IMG/VR virus record: IMGVR_UViG_3300012200_000006
Coordinates: 1-57,382 of that record
Length of the DNA stretch: 57,382 bases
From: a virus
Lineage: Duplodnaviria; Caudoviricetes
Strand: one strand, 5' to 3'
Part shown: positions 35,365 through 45,326 of the stretch, piece after piece
Position numbering within the stretch: position 1 is the first letter of the stretch
Layout: the number at the start of each line of letters is the position of its first letter
Program-made: the position numbers and the translations under genes
The notes under the pieces: model-generated
What the model saw: the letters and a program-made list of their open reading frames with translations, nothing else
Told to the model about the DNA's origin: nothing
Database searches by the model: none

Positions 35365-38300
35365 TAGTGTCGATTCCTCATGTGGCTACGAGACTTCCTG
35401 AGCCAAGTTGAGTAGTCCATTCCAGGACTCGCATGGTAGTGGTAATGAGTCGGCGCACCTGCGGTAGCTACGTGTCTACCACCAACTGTCGCACCATGTG
35501 GGGCACGATGGGAAGGTTGCGGAGCTACCCGCGTTCTTGGTCTAGCATGCCGAGGATTGCGAGGTTGTCCTGCCACTACCACAGGGTCAATAGCTGCCCG
35601 TGGTCTTACTCTAGCTGTATGCGCGAGCCGGGGAAACAGACTGATAGCAAGGTTCCTGAAGTAGTTGGAAAATTCCGCAGTATGTTCGTCCATGCCGCGC
35701 AAGATTGCCTTCATGATGTTAGATCCTAGTGAATGCCAATGCCTAAGTGTGGCATTCATATCACGTCTCGAAGCCTGCGCGATGACTCGCTGAGATACGC
35801 GGAATACTTGGACATAGCGTTCAAATTCTCTCGGCTGCATCCCAAGCAATGCGCGGGCCTCTGGAAGTGCATCTGGCCCCATTGCCTGAATTTGCTGGAT
35901 CATCTCGAAAGGTGCGCCGCGTCTACGGAGTTGCCTGAGAACACGCTGCCATTGCCTGAACCTAGAGAGCATGGCGCGAAGATCCCGCAAGTAATCCCGA
36001 CCTGTCGGCTTGTACCCGTATTGCATGTTGAATTGCATCCTTGGGCCTTGGACAACCGGGCCTTGGAACAGAGTACCGAATGCCTGTTGATTCTGCTGCT
36101 GCATCTGATCATAGCTAGAACTCAACGTTCCCGCGATCTGATTAATGGCTTGCCGAGCAGCGTTGATTGTTTCCTTCGTATGACCCTTAATCTTGGTCTT
36201 TGCCTTCTTCATCACAGAGTCGATGCTAATGAGGAAATTCTGAGCGGTAGACATCTGGATTGATGTAGCGGCATCCTGCATCTGTTGGAGAGCAACGTTA
36301 TATGCCTTGATGTCCGCGAACCTGTGGCTACGAGCAGCAATACGAGCGAGTTTGTTAAGATTCCGAACCTGGTGCATGACTTGTGCATCCGAAATCTTCT
36401 GGACATCTGTGGCCATTGCCTGCTGATCTTGCGTAGCAGATTGGGTTATCTCATCCATTGCCGCCTTCCATGCGCGCCAATTGCGAGTATTCGGTGCTTT
36501 CTCGAATATTGCTCTCAACCGTGCTGCATTGAGGGTCATACGGATAACCTGAGCATCGGTCAAAGTACCGATGTCTTGGGCCATCTGCTGTTGACTCTGT
36601 GAAGCCTGCTCAGACAATGCCTGTTGTGCCTGATAGTAGGCTTTCCAGTTCTCAATACTGGGACTTCTCTCCCATGCAGCACGAAGCCTCGCTACATTCC
36701 GAGTCATTCGGAAAACATCTTGATCACTCAGGACTTGAACGTCCTGTGCCATTTGCTGCTGTCTTGCAGTAGCTTGGGCGGCTAGATCCTGTTGTGCCCG
36801 GTAATAGGCATTCCAGTTAGCCATACTAGGAGTGCGTTCCCAAGCAGAGCGAAGTCTCTGAACAATCCGAGACATTCGCAGAACCTGGCGGTCAGTGAGA
36901 GTTCCCTGATCCTGTATCATCTGTTGCTGCTTCTGTGTAGCTTGGTCGGTTAGTGCTGTTTGCGCCTGCCAATATGCACGCCAGTTAGAGAGTGTTGGAC
37001 TTCTTTCCCATTGTGTGCGAAGAACGTTCACATTGCGAGCCATCTCCATGACGCGCCTATCAGTCAGGGTTCCTACCTGATCCAGAGTCTGCTGCTGATC
37101 TTGAGTTACTTGCTTCTGGAAATTCCTGAGAGCAGTATAGTACCGCTGCCAATTAGCGAGATTTGGCGCTGTCTCAGCAGCATCGCGCATCTCGTTGAGT
37201 TGTCGCAATCTCTTTTGTGCTTGCCGAGTAGTCAATGGGCCTGTCGTAGGTATTCCCACAGGTGCAAGTTCAGGTGGTCTACCGGGCTTAGGTAGCATCC
37301 TATTCGAGAGATAGGTCTGACTTGCGATCTTCTCTGCTTCGATGCGTCCTTGTCTCAGAGCACTTGCGAGAACCATTGCTGCGTTGTCGCTATCTCCGAG
37401 TCGCTTGTGCATGATACGAAGAATCTCTGCGAAAGATCGACCTTCGTTGACCATTAGCGCGACATCATGTCCAAGTGCCCGACCCATTCGATTGATGTCT
37501 CGATTGCTCGCGACTCTTCGCTGAGCATTGAGAGCTACCTGCTGGAAATGCTGGACACCATCAGCCATTAGCTTGGTGATTGTGATAGCTGCAATGCCTA
37601 TTGCGACAAGTGGATTGGCCATTCCTGCCCTTGCTGCAAGCCGCCAAGCTATATAGGCAGCAGTTAGGTCAATGATCGCCTTCGTCATGCTACCTGTGAC
37701 CTTCGCGGCGATTGGCATAGCTATGACAAACAATCCAAGACCACCCATGAATCGGAGCAAGCCTACCCGAGCTAGTCCTACTTCTTCCGCGGCGGCACCG
37801 AAACCACCAGTGAATCTCGTCACGAATGGGAGCAATGTCCTGATTGAGACGACCAACAAAGTCAATGATCCCAATACAGCTATCAACGTTCCGCCAACTA
37901 GCAAACCAACGGATACCAAAACTGCAAAGTCACCGATGATCCTCTTGGTATGCGGAGAGAGGTTGTTGAATCCGCGAATGATCGGCGTGATGAACTGACC
38001 CATTCGACGGAATGCGGGAATGACCGAGAAGCCGATTTCAATGGCTGCTGCCTTTAAGGTATTGACGAATACTTGCCATTCAACACCAGGAGTACGGCGC
38101 ATTGCATTGAAGCTCCGCGTAAGCTCGAAGCTATCACCATGGATCTGCTGCAATCGCTTATCAAGTTCGGCTGAGTTCCGAATCAACTCGGTAAATGCAC
38201 GCTGAGCTTGAACTGTTCCCTGTGTACCTGAAATCTGCTTGAAGAACGACTGAGCATTGACGCGACCCTCGCGGAGGCTGACGATCATCGGGTTCATACT

Positions 38301-40076
38301 CGTACCGAACTGCCGGATGATCCGATTGAATGGAAGCATCGCACCGGAAGCATCGCGAATCTGGATACCGAACTGCTTAGCTCCTTGAGCAAAGTTCGGC
38401 CGTCCAAAGAGTTCCATCAAGCGTGCGAGAGATGTTGCGGCCATTCTCTGCGATGGCATGAGCCTCGTCAATTCTGCGAAGGCTGCATTCATCTGTAAGA
38501 GAGATTGCCCTGCGTTCGAGAATGCAGGAACCAACTGGTTCATGCTCGTCGTGTATTGCTCAACATTTAGCCGACCGAAGCGAACTGTGGCAAGTAGCTG
38601 GTTCATTGCCTGTTCTGGAGTACCTACGGCTTTGCCGAAGTTGTTTAGAATCGTGATCCCGGCATTGACGACATCATTCAACGGAGCCATGCCTGCTACC
38701 GACGTTTTCTCGAATGCTTGCATCATTCGATTCGCACCCTGCGTATTCACGTCCATCGAAGAGAGGATATCGTAAAAACTCTTCGTCATATCCTCGCTAG
38801 CAGCAGGGAACTTCTGCATTTGTTGAAGAACTGCCTGCTGGACTTGGGTAGAGTTCCGCTGAATCTGCGTAAACGTCATTCCTGACTGTGTTGCCGCAAG
38901 AGTGGACTGTTCTACGAAATGTCCAGCGGCAATCGCCATAGCTCCTAGAGCCGCTGTCGTTATCAGTCCAGTCATCTGCATGACTCGGCCAAAGTGCGTT
39001 ACTGCCCTAGCACCTGTGGTGAATCTCTCCATGTTCGTCCGAGCCATCTGTGCATTGACTTCTGCTAGCTGAACATTCGTGAGTTCTAGTTGACCAGCAG
39101 CAATTCTCGCCTGTTGTGCGAGTTCAATCTCCTGTGCTCCAACGGCACGAAGTCGCATCTGCAAATCTTCGAGAAGTCTTATGTGCTGTGATTCGGAGGC
39201 TTGAACCTGGCGCTCTCTTGCAGACAACTGTGCCCAGGCATCCTGAGTACCTGCGAGTTGCGCGCGAAGCTGCGCCTCTTCTCTAGCAAGGTTCGATCTT
39301 GCCGCACGGAGTTCGTTGACTTGCCGAAGCTGGATCTCTTCTGTGCGTCGTAGATCCTTCTCTACGACGTTAAGCTCTCTGACGGCCTGCTTAGCGATTC
39401 TCGCGCCTTCTGTAGCTTCTGCGAATCGCCTCTCGGCAATTGCGGCGCGCTGATTCGCAACCGTTGGATCACCCTCGCCTGCTCTAGCCATAGCTGCGCG
39501 TTGTGCTGCAATATCGCGCTGTAGCTGAGCCTGCATTGCGGTAGTCTGAGCGCGTTGTGCCCTAAGTACAGCTTGCGACCGAGCCATACCAGGTTCTCGT
39601 GTAAACTCGCCTGTTGTGATATCTACCCGACCCTTACGCAAAGCTGCGATTGCTTCCTGAGTTCGCAACATCCTTTGCTGAGCTTGAAGGATGCGAGTCG
39701 AAGCAGTATAATCCTTGTCGTCTAGTCCAAGGATCTGAGCCTTAATCCGTTCTTCTTGACGGAATAGCTGATTAGATCGCGCTACGATCCCGGCTCTCCG
39801 CAATTCTAGACCTGCTGATCGGTCTGTTACGGCTTCTATCTGATGATTGATACGGAGTCTCGATTGTTCCAGCGCAATCCGACGTGTTCCTTCGGCACCT
39901 TCCATCTGTGCCAATCGTAGGGATTGTGCTGCCGCGCGATTGGTAAGACTAGCCTGTCGTCCTGCAAGGTCACGTTGACGCTGCAAGTTGCGGATATCGC
40001 GAGACACCCTACCAATAGCTGCGCCGGCTTGGTTCTGAGCGCGTACAATCAGCAGAAGTTCGTGAGAACCGATCAT
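35364..40076 (-). CDS. Tail tape measure protein
   Basis: 1570 aa; Ala/Gln/Arg-rich helical; TP901-like core; TM-like segments. Confidence 0.92.
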   Translation of the reverse strand: MIGSHELLLIVRAQNQAGAAIGRVSRDIRNLQRQRDLAGRQASLTNRAAAQSLRLAQMEGAEGTRRIALEQSRLRINHQIEAVTDRSAGLELRRAGIVARSNQLFRQEERIKAQILGLDDKDYTASTRILQAQQRMLRTQEAIAALRKGRVDITTGEFTREPGMARSQAVLRAQRAQTTAMQAQLQRDIAAQRAAMARAGEGDPTVANQRAAIAERRFAEATEGARIAKQAVRELNVVEKDLRRTEEIQLRQVNELRAARSNLAREEAQLRAQLAGTQDAWAQLSARERQVQASESQHIRLLEDLQMRLRAVGAQEIELAQQARIAAGQLELTNVQLAEVNAQMARTNMERFTTGARAVTHFGRVMQMTGLITTAALGAMAIAAGHFVEQSTLAATQSGMTFTQIQRNSTQVQQAVLQQMQKFPAASEDMTKSFYDILSSMDVNTQGANRMMQAFEKTSVAGMAPLNDVVNAGITILNNFGKAVGTPEQAMNQLLATVRFGRLNVEQYTTSMNQLVPAFSNAGQSLLQMNAAFAELTRLMPSQRMAATSLARLMELFGRPNFAQGAKQFGIQIRDASGAMLPFNRIIRQFGTSMNPMIVSLREGRVNAQSFFKQISGTQGTVQAQRAFTELIRNSAELDKRLQQIHGDSFELTRSFNAMRRTPGVEWQVFVNTLKAAAIEIGFSVIPAFRRMGQFITPIIRGFNNLSPHTKRIIGDFAVLVSVGLLVGGTLIAVLGSLTLLVVSIRTLLPFVTRFTGGFGAAAEEVGLARVGLLRFMGGLGLFVIAMPIAAKVTGSMTKAIIDLTAAYIAWRLAARAGMANPLVAIGIAAITITKLMADGVQHFQQVALNAQRRVASNRDINRMGRALGHDVALMVNEGRSFAEILRIMHKRLGDSDNAAMVLASALRQGRIEAEKIASQTYLSNRMLPKPGRPPELAPVGIPTTGPLTTRQAQKRLRQLNEMRDAAETAPNLANWQRYYTALRNFQKQVTQDQQQTLDQVGTLTDRRVMEMARNVNVLRTQWERSPTLSNWRAYWQAQTALTDQATQKQQQMIQDQGTLTDRQVLRMSRIVQRLRSAWERTPSMANWNAYYRAQQDLAAQATARQQQMAQDVQVLSDQDVFRMTRNVARLRAAWERSPSIENWKAYYQAQQALSEQASQSQQQMAQDIGTLTDAQVIRMTLNAARLRAIFEKAPNTRNWRAWKAAMDEITQSATQDQQAMATDVQKISDAQVMHQVRNLNKLARIAARSHRFADIKAYNVALQQMQDAATSIQMSTAQNFLISIDSVMKKAKTKIKGHTKETINAARQAINQIAGTLSSSYDQMQQQNQQAFGTLFQGPVVQGPRMQFNMQYGYKPTGRDYLRDLRAMLSRFRQWQRVLRQLRRRGAPFEMIQQIQAMGPDALPEARALLGMQPREFERYVQVFRVSQRVIAQASRRDMNATLRHWHSLGSNIMKAILRGMDEHTAEFSNYFRNLAISLFPRLAHTARVRPRAAIDPVVVAGQPRNPRHARPRTRVAPQPSHRAPHGATVGGRHVATAGAPTHYHYHASPGMDYSTWLRKSRSHMRNRH
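36231..37238 (-). repeat. Six tandem 56-aa (168-nt) repeats in the tape measure protein
   Basis: TLTDxxVxRMxRNVxxLRxxWERxPxxxNWxAYxxAQxxLxxQAxxxQQQMxQDxG. Confidence 0.85.
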
Positions 40077-40351
40077 TGCTTAGGTGGAGGCTCGCGCCTC
40101 ATCTTCTCCATTTGGTGTTCCTCATCTTCATGCCGAATCACCATTATGATTTCAAACCTCTCCATAGATCCGTGAGGTTGATCCATTAGTGAACCCTCGA
40201 AGGGCAGGACGCGAAACTCCCGACTGATTGAGTAGACTCTTAGCCATTTGGCCGCATCCTCAATTTCGTCGGGAGTAGGTTCGCGTCGATGCCCTTTTAT
40301 GGTGTTGAGCCAGTTGTCGTCGAGGGCGATTCGGCAGGCGTGGTAAAATCC
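40073..40351 (-). CDS. Frameshifted (-1) extension of the tail assembly chaperone (gpGT-like)
   Basis: G-GAT-TTT at 40351-40345; -1 frame stays open to TGA overlapping the tape measure ATG; contains LPFEGSLMDQP. Confidence 0.75.
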   Translation of the reverse strand, partial: GFYHACRIALDDNWLNTIKGHRREPTPDEIEDAAKWLRVYSISREFRVLPFEGSLMDQPHGSMERFEIIMVIRHEDEEHQMEKMRREPPPKQ

Positions 40352-40725
40352 TCAGGATCGAACTCGTCCTGATTCAGCTTGTCGATGAGGCTCTCGATTT
40401 CTGAGCCGATCCTCGGATCTAGGACGGCAAGAGTCATCTTGATCATCCGTTCCCCGAAATCGAGCTTGTTACCCTGGTCATCTTCGAGGTTGTGGTCTAC
40501 GATGCAACGCGGAAAGTCGTGCTGACGCGAGAACTCGTTGAGAATGTCGATCTGCATCTTGCCAATATTCCCATTACCCTGCGTCATTTCCTGCGTGTAT
40601 CGCAAAGCACGATCACGTCTCTGCAACATCTCACCGAATGAGAGTTGCTTCAACGACACGAAGCCACCAGGCAACGATCTTAGATCGTACCTAATGGCTT
40701 CTGTGGATACTGTTGCTCTGGGCAT
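40297..40725 (-). CDS. Tail assembly chaperone (gpG-like)
   Basis: Between tail tube and tape measure; CIVDHNLEDDQG. Confidence 0.8.
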   Translation of the reverse strand: MPRATVSTEAIRYDLRSLPGGFVSLKQLSFGEMLQRRDRALRYTQEMTQGNGNIGKMQIDILNEFSRQHDFPRCIVDHNLEDDQGNKLDFGERMIKMTLAVLDPRIGSEIESLIDKLNQDEFDPEDFTTPAESPSTTTGSTP

Positions 40726-40754
40726 TAGCTACCTCTCCTTGAGCTAATGTTGAG

Positions 40755-41732
40755 TTACGGAAGCGTTACTGCTGACTTACACTCGATCTTGTAGGCACTT
40801 CCACCAGCGATGCCAATTGCACGACCATCCACAGCGGCCATGATCAAATCTGCCATTGCACCTAGAGCTACGTCATAGGTGTTGTAAACAGTTCGATAGG
40901 CCGTAATGCGGAATGCTTCTGTTGCTGCTGCAAACGACGCGCCTCCACGCAATGACTCGAAACGGATTGCGCGAGTTGCAGCAGCTACCATGTTGTCGTA
41001 TTCGGTTCTGTTGAGGAAATCGAGTTCCGTCGAGTATGTTACCTCTGTCTCGTGGAACGCGATGTATGTTGCAGCCCTTGACGCGACAAGTCGGTTCTCT
41101 GCCGTTGGGTTGTGGTTTGTCGTGAAAGTGAAGCCGTTGAAGTTGACATCGGCTGCTGCGAATACAGGAGTTAGTCCACTAGCCGCAACATAGACCGAAT
41201 GTCCAGCAGCAGAGAAGAGATGTGGATCAACCCATGCGGGTGTACCCAAAGTTCCAGCAGACTGTTCACTGAGTCCGAAAATGTTGCAGGTACTTACGAG
41301 GACACCGTTATCGATAGTGTACTCGCGGCTACCTACCACACATCCCGCGTACCCGAAGCCAACACCATTACGAACGATCGTAATGGATAGAGTCTTTCCG
41401 GTGGCAACGGCAGCTTCCGACGAAGGTACCGAACTAAAGATACCTGTCGCGTAAGTTGTCGTGTGCCTCGTAGCCGTCATGAAGTATGGCTCGAAGTTCG
41501 GATCGACCTCCATCCGAATATCGCCTTCAACGTGATAGTACGACTGAGCTACGTCAGAGACGATGACCTGCTGACGAATCTGAGGCGAGAAGTAGCGATC
41601 CTCGCGGTACTGTAGTGATTCCGAGAGAATCGGAACCCATACTGTACCCACAGTTGAGGGATTCTGGTAAACACCTGCAACTGCCTCGATGGATACTGCC
41701 ATCCACCCACCACCACCAAGTCCAGCAGGCAT
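40755..41732 (-). CDS. Major tail tube protein
   Basis: Position; ILSESL, VEGDI pattern. Confidence 0.8.
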   Translation of the reverse strand: MPAGLGGGGWMAVSIEAVAGVYQNPSTVGTVWVPILSESLQYREDRYFSPQIRQQVIVSDVAQSYYHVEGDIRMEVDPNFEPYFMTATRHTTTYATGIFSSVPSSEAAVATGKTLSITIVRNGVGFGYAGCVVGSREYTIDNGVLVSTCNIFGLSEQSAGTLGTPAWVDPHLFSAAGHSVYVAASGLTPVFAAADVNFNGFTFTTNHNPTAENRLVASRAATYIAFHETEVTYSTELDFLNRTEYDNMVAAATRAIRFESLRGGASFAAATEAFRITAYRTVYNTYDVALGAMADLIMAAVDGRAIGIAGGSAYKIECKSAVTLP

Positions 41733-42046
41733 TAGGCTTCACTTCCTTCCGGCGGTGTTGGACTCTGTTGTTCTTGTGGCGCTTGTGGTGCTTCCGGCGC
41801 TTGAGTATCCTCTTCTTCTTCAGGAGGTTCATACGTCTTGCCTTCTTGCCCATCTACTGTTACGCCGGGGTTGTTCTTTAGAGCATCCTTGATGCTCATT
41901 CCCTGTTCTTCCTCGAATGCAGCCACAGTATCCTCGTCAATCTCTACCGCATCCCCACCGTTCGGGAATCTTCCAAGACCTGCGATAGCGATTTCTTCGC
42001 CCTCAGGATACTGTGGCAGGTTGATCGAAAGCTGAACCATTTTCAC
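41732..42046 (-). CDS. Small acidic virion-associated protein
   Basis: Between tail terminator and tube; Pro/Glu-rich tail. Confidence 0.65.
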   Translation of the reverse strand: MKMVQLSINLPQYPEGEEIAIAGLGRFPNGGDAVEIDEDTVAAFEEEQGMSIKDALKNNPGVTVDGQEGKTYEPPEEEEDTQAPEAPQAPQEQQSPTPPEGSEA

Positions 42047-42474
42047 GCTCCAAACCGCTGTTGAGAACGAACTTCCATGACCATCCTCGTCCCTACTACA
42101 GCATCACCTTTTGGGCGAGGAATGACGCCCGGAACTTGGTCACGAATCCAAGCGATGATGACTTGTTCTCCCCAAGTCATATCTTGTTCGAGAAGGTTCT
42201 CGATTGCTGTGACGAGTAGCAGATCCTCTTCTGTTCGCTTGGAATGCGAGATTGTGAGGTTTGCATGGTAGACAGCGAGAAATATCTCCATGATGATCCC
42301 AAACGTGTGAGTAGCATGAAAGTCTTTTGATCGCCCACCAGGAGTAATGACAACAGCAGGATAATTGCCAATAAGCCGATCAGCAAACTCGACACTAGCA
42401 AGACCTAGTTCGCCTGCTCCAAGTTCGAGTTTATCTTTGACATATGCTGACGCATCTTCCTGTGTTGTGATCAT
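42043..42474 (-). CDS. Tail terminator / completion protein
   Basis: YPAVVI motif; position. Confidence 0.65.
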   Translation of the reverse strand: MITTQEDASAYVKDKLELGAGELGLASVEFADRLIGNYPAVVITPGGRSKDFHATHTFGIIMEIFLAVYHANLTISHSKRTEEDLLLVTAIENLLEQDMTWGEQVIIAWIRDQVPGVIPRPKGDAVVGTRMVMEVRSQQRFGA

Positions 42475-43070
42475 CTCGTCGGGAGTATGGATCTAAGACC
42501 AATTCTCGGGCCAAAGAGTGGAGTATGAGGCTGAGCTACTCCACGCGATGACAAGATGATGTCCATGCCCTCTACTGCCCAAGCATCGAAAACTTCTACG
42601 ACCTTCTCGGCTGCCTCATCACTTGTCCAAAGGAACGGACGTTCAGGCATTGGTGCATTGCCTTCTGTGCGACCGTAGTTCAAGGCCGGCCAGTATGGGG
42701 GAAGATCGTTCGGGTTGTACCACAGATCATTCTCTGTGATGAACCATGCGAATTGCGATGTAGCTGCGTCGAAAAGCTCCTCCGTCTTGCGAAGAATACC
42801 GATGTTCTCAGACTGTGCCTTGGGAGCATAGGACGGTGCCCAATCTGCCCAAGGCCCATCCGGGCCTTCTTCCCTTTCGAAATGCTCTCGGATATCGTCT
42901 GTGAGTATCTGATGAGCACCGACGAGTACCGGAGTCATATCATCAAGGTATCGGCCATATTGCGCGATTCTACTGGCCATTGCTTGAAGTGCTCCGGGGC
43001 TTGCGTCGTCATCGACAACCCATTCGAATTCGAGAAATCCCACATCTCCTGCAAGGGCAAATTCACTCAA
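42471..43070 (-). CDS. Mu gpG-like virion morphogenesis protein
   Basis: F..E.GPDG.WA.W, IL.KT..L, MPERPFL. Confidence 0.75.
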   Translation of the reverse strand: MSEFALAGDVGFLEFEWVVDDDASPGALQAMASRIAQYGRYLDDMTPVLVGAHQILTDDIREHFEREEGPDGPWADWAPSYAPKAQSENIGILRKTEELFDAATSQFAWFITENDLWYNPNDLPPYWPALNYGRTEGNAPMPERPFLWTSDEAAEKVVEVFDAWAVEGMDIILSSRGVAQPHTPLFGPRIGLRSILPTR

Positions 43071-43504
43071 AGCTCTTGTCCTCGCCGGAAGTATGGGCCT
43101 GCTGCTCTTGTATCGGGATAGAAGTCTCCACTTGCGAAGTGTCCTTGAACAATTGCTGTATCCATTTCCTCGAACTGCATCTTCCCATCTACGATCTGTT
43201 GCAGGAAAGACATCGCTTCGTTGTACTTGTTCTGTGCGAACGTCGGATCTTCTAGAGAGTCTTCCGAGTACAACTTGCGATATGCGAATGCTGCAACGAG
43301 CCTCGCTACAATGGCACGAATCAGTTGTGGAGTGCTATCAGGATCAAGCCAGGTAGCGAGAGTAGCGCGAGGAAGGACACCAGCTAGCGTACCTCTTACG
43401 ATCCTTTCAGCATCTAGCTGGAAAGGATCGTATTTGGCCTCAGCTACCTGAGCCTTGTCCTCAGGTAGCTGTTCGTTGATTTCCTCTAAGCTAGCTAGTG
43501 CCAC
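43067..43504 (-). CDS. Head-tail adaptor (Mu gp36/DUF1320-like)
   Basis: TPQLIRAIVARLVAA...YNEAM.FL.QIVDG. Confidence 0.7.
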   Translation of the reverse strand: MALASLEEINEQLPEDKAQVAEAKYDPFQLDAERIVRGTLAGVLPRATLATWLDPDSTPQLIRAIVARLVAAFAYRKLYSEDSLEDPTFAQNKYNEAMSFLQQIVDGKMQFEEMDTAIVQGHFASGDFYPDTRAAGPYFRRGQEL

Positions 43505-43916
43505 TTACTGTGTCTTTGGGACTTGTCGAAGAACTTGTAACTGTCGTACCTTCGGGAGTTACCTCACCTGTTGTAGGAGTCTGCTGTGCTCTGCGCTGCC
43601 TCACGTAGGCATCGACCAGTTCAGGCGATACACCGTAAGTTGACGCAACCGTCTCAGAATCCGCAAGTCCCTGCGCGATGAGCGTATTAGGTGACGTAAG
43701 CGGATCTTGCAACTCCGGAGGAAACGGATACTTGCGAACAGCACCGCCAGCAACGAGTTCCTCGAACTGTTCATCCGAGATGTTGAGGCTTGATGCACTA
43801 ACCTCATCACCTGGACTAGCATAGAGATCGTTCTTCTTACTACCATCGTCGTTCTTCTCTTCACCATAGAGAATACGCGACCATGCGTAGTAGGTATCGT
43901 CATCAGCCATTACCAT
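43491..43916 (-). CDS. Hypothetical head-associated protein
   Basis: Directly after the capsid gene. Confidence 0.65.
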   Translation of the reverse strand: MVMADDDTYYAWSRILYGEEKNDDGSKKNDLYASPGDEVSASSLNISDEQFEELVAGGAVRKYPFPPELQDPLTSPNTLIAQGLADSETVASTYGVSPELVDAYVRQRRAQQTPTTGEVTPEGTTVTSSSTSPKDTVSGTS

Positions 43917-44926
43917 GCTCCTGTGCTAAATGCGTTCTTGATGAGGTATCCAGCAGAAGAGTTGACGACCTTGAGGTCGTACTCCCAGGTATCACGGAAA
44001 AGATCGGCCTTCCTGTTCTCTTCCCGCCAACGATCGATCGGACGTAGATCGCCGCTAGGCTGCGGGTACACGAATGTCTTGCCGAATGTCTGGACATTCA
44101 CGCCATCAGCGTTATCGACGTAGCCGATCCAGATGTCCTTGCCCCAAAAGCTAGCGAGAACCTGGTTGGCCTCGACATTGTCGGCAGCGTTGTAGACATC
44201 ATCCATGACACCGATTTCGACTACGCGACCCTGGAAGCCACTGAGAATCCGCCAGGCATTCTCGATGGCAAGCGAGAAGTTCTGGTACCGTGCCCGAATG
44301 CGCGGATGACCTTCGATCCATGACACGCCCATCTGAGGAACGAGCATGAGATTCGGCGGAAGTCCTGTCTTACCCTGAATAACACGAGTAGCTGTCTTGA
44401 TGACCGTCTCAGGATCGGACGTTGAGGCCGTTCCTCCCGTATAATCATCGAACTGTTGTGCCCCCGCGAGCGTAGTCGTGTTTCCTACGGGGTAGGTCGC
44501 GGTATTGCGAACCAGATCCGCGATCTTCTTCTCATGCTCACGATCCAGCGAGCCGACGATCAACTCTACTGCATCAGTTTCCGGGTTGATGTCCAAAGCT
44601 CCGCCGAATGTAGCGTTACTAAGGCCACCCAGGGACGCCAATTCGCGACGTTCCTCGTCGAGTACCGGACTCTGGAGCGAATGCTGAACTGTCTTGAATG
44701 TATCCACAGACCACTTCCGCCCGCGGATTTCATTCGCAACAGTTCCAGGCTCACGGCGAGACTGGAAGATCAGGCGGTTAGACCTGTCGAATACGCGATA
44801 CTGTCCCGACTTTGTACCAACCCTCGACTGCGGCATGACGATATCGCCGAAATAGTTGGCAGGACGCCAACCAACTGCGAAGTTGGTAAGGAAGGGATCG
44901 ATGTATAGGGTATTAGGATCGTACAT
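43910..44926 (-). CDS. Major capsid protein
   Basis: IDPFLTNFAVGW, R.PGT.ANE, PN.M, AGYLIKNA terminus. Confidence 0.88.
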   Translation of the reverse strand: MYDPNTLYIDPFLTNFAVGWRPANYFGDIVMPQSRVGTKSGQYRVFDRSNRLIFQSRREPGTVANEIRGRKWSVDTFKTVQHSLQSPVLDEERRELASLGGLSNATFGGALDINPETDAVELIVGSLDREHEKKIADLVRNTATYPVGNTTTLAGAQQFDDYTGGTASTSDPETVIKTATRVIQGKTGLPPNLMLVPQMGVSWIEGHPRIRARYQNFSLAIENAWRILSGFQGRVVEIGVMDDVYNAADNVEANQVLASFWGKDIWIGYVDNADGVNVQTFGKTFVYPQPSGDLRPIDRWREENRKADLFRDTWEYDLKVVNSSAGYLIKNAFSTGAW

Positions 44927-44942
44927 CTATTCTCACCCCTTC

Positions 44943-45326
44943 CTATGGAGACAGATGTCCCGTAGTATCGATGTTGACAGAAGCACGGTCACCGGCATTT
45001 ACCGCTCCTTGTCGGAAGTTTCCGACAACCCGCTCACCTGTTGCTGCATTGTGGACGCGACCATCGGCCATTAGTCCAGCGAGTGCGCCAACAGTACAAG
45101 CACCGCCCGCTTCCCACTCGGAAGCTCCTTCAACTCTGATGGATGCTCCCTTACCGCGGTTGATTTCGGCTACAGTCACGCCGAACTGAGCTACGCCTGC
45201 AATCACGTCAGTAACTGCGGCAACAGGGACTACTAGCTGTTCGGCTGAGAACTTGACAGCGCGATAGATCGTGATTGCTCCACCAGCGTCGTAGCCCTTA
45301 TCGAGAACAAAGTTACCGTGTGCCAT
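44943..45326 (-). CDS. Capsid cement / decoration protein (DUF2190-like)
   Basis: Gly/Ala/Val-rich; between scaffold and capsid. Confidence 0.75.
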   Translation of the reverse strand: MAHGNFVLDKGYDAGGAITIYRAVKFSAEQLVVPVAAVTDVIAGVAQFGVTVAEINRGKGASIRVEGASEWEAGGACTVGALAGLMADGRVHNAATGERVVGNFRQGAVNAGDRASVNIDTTGHLSP

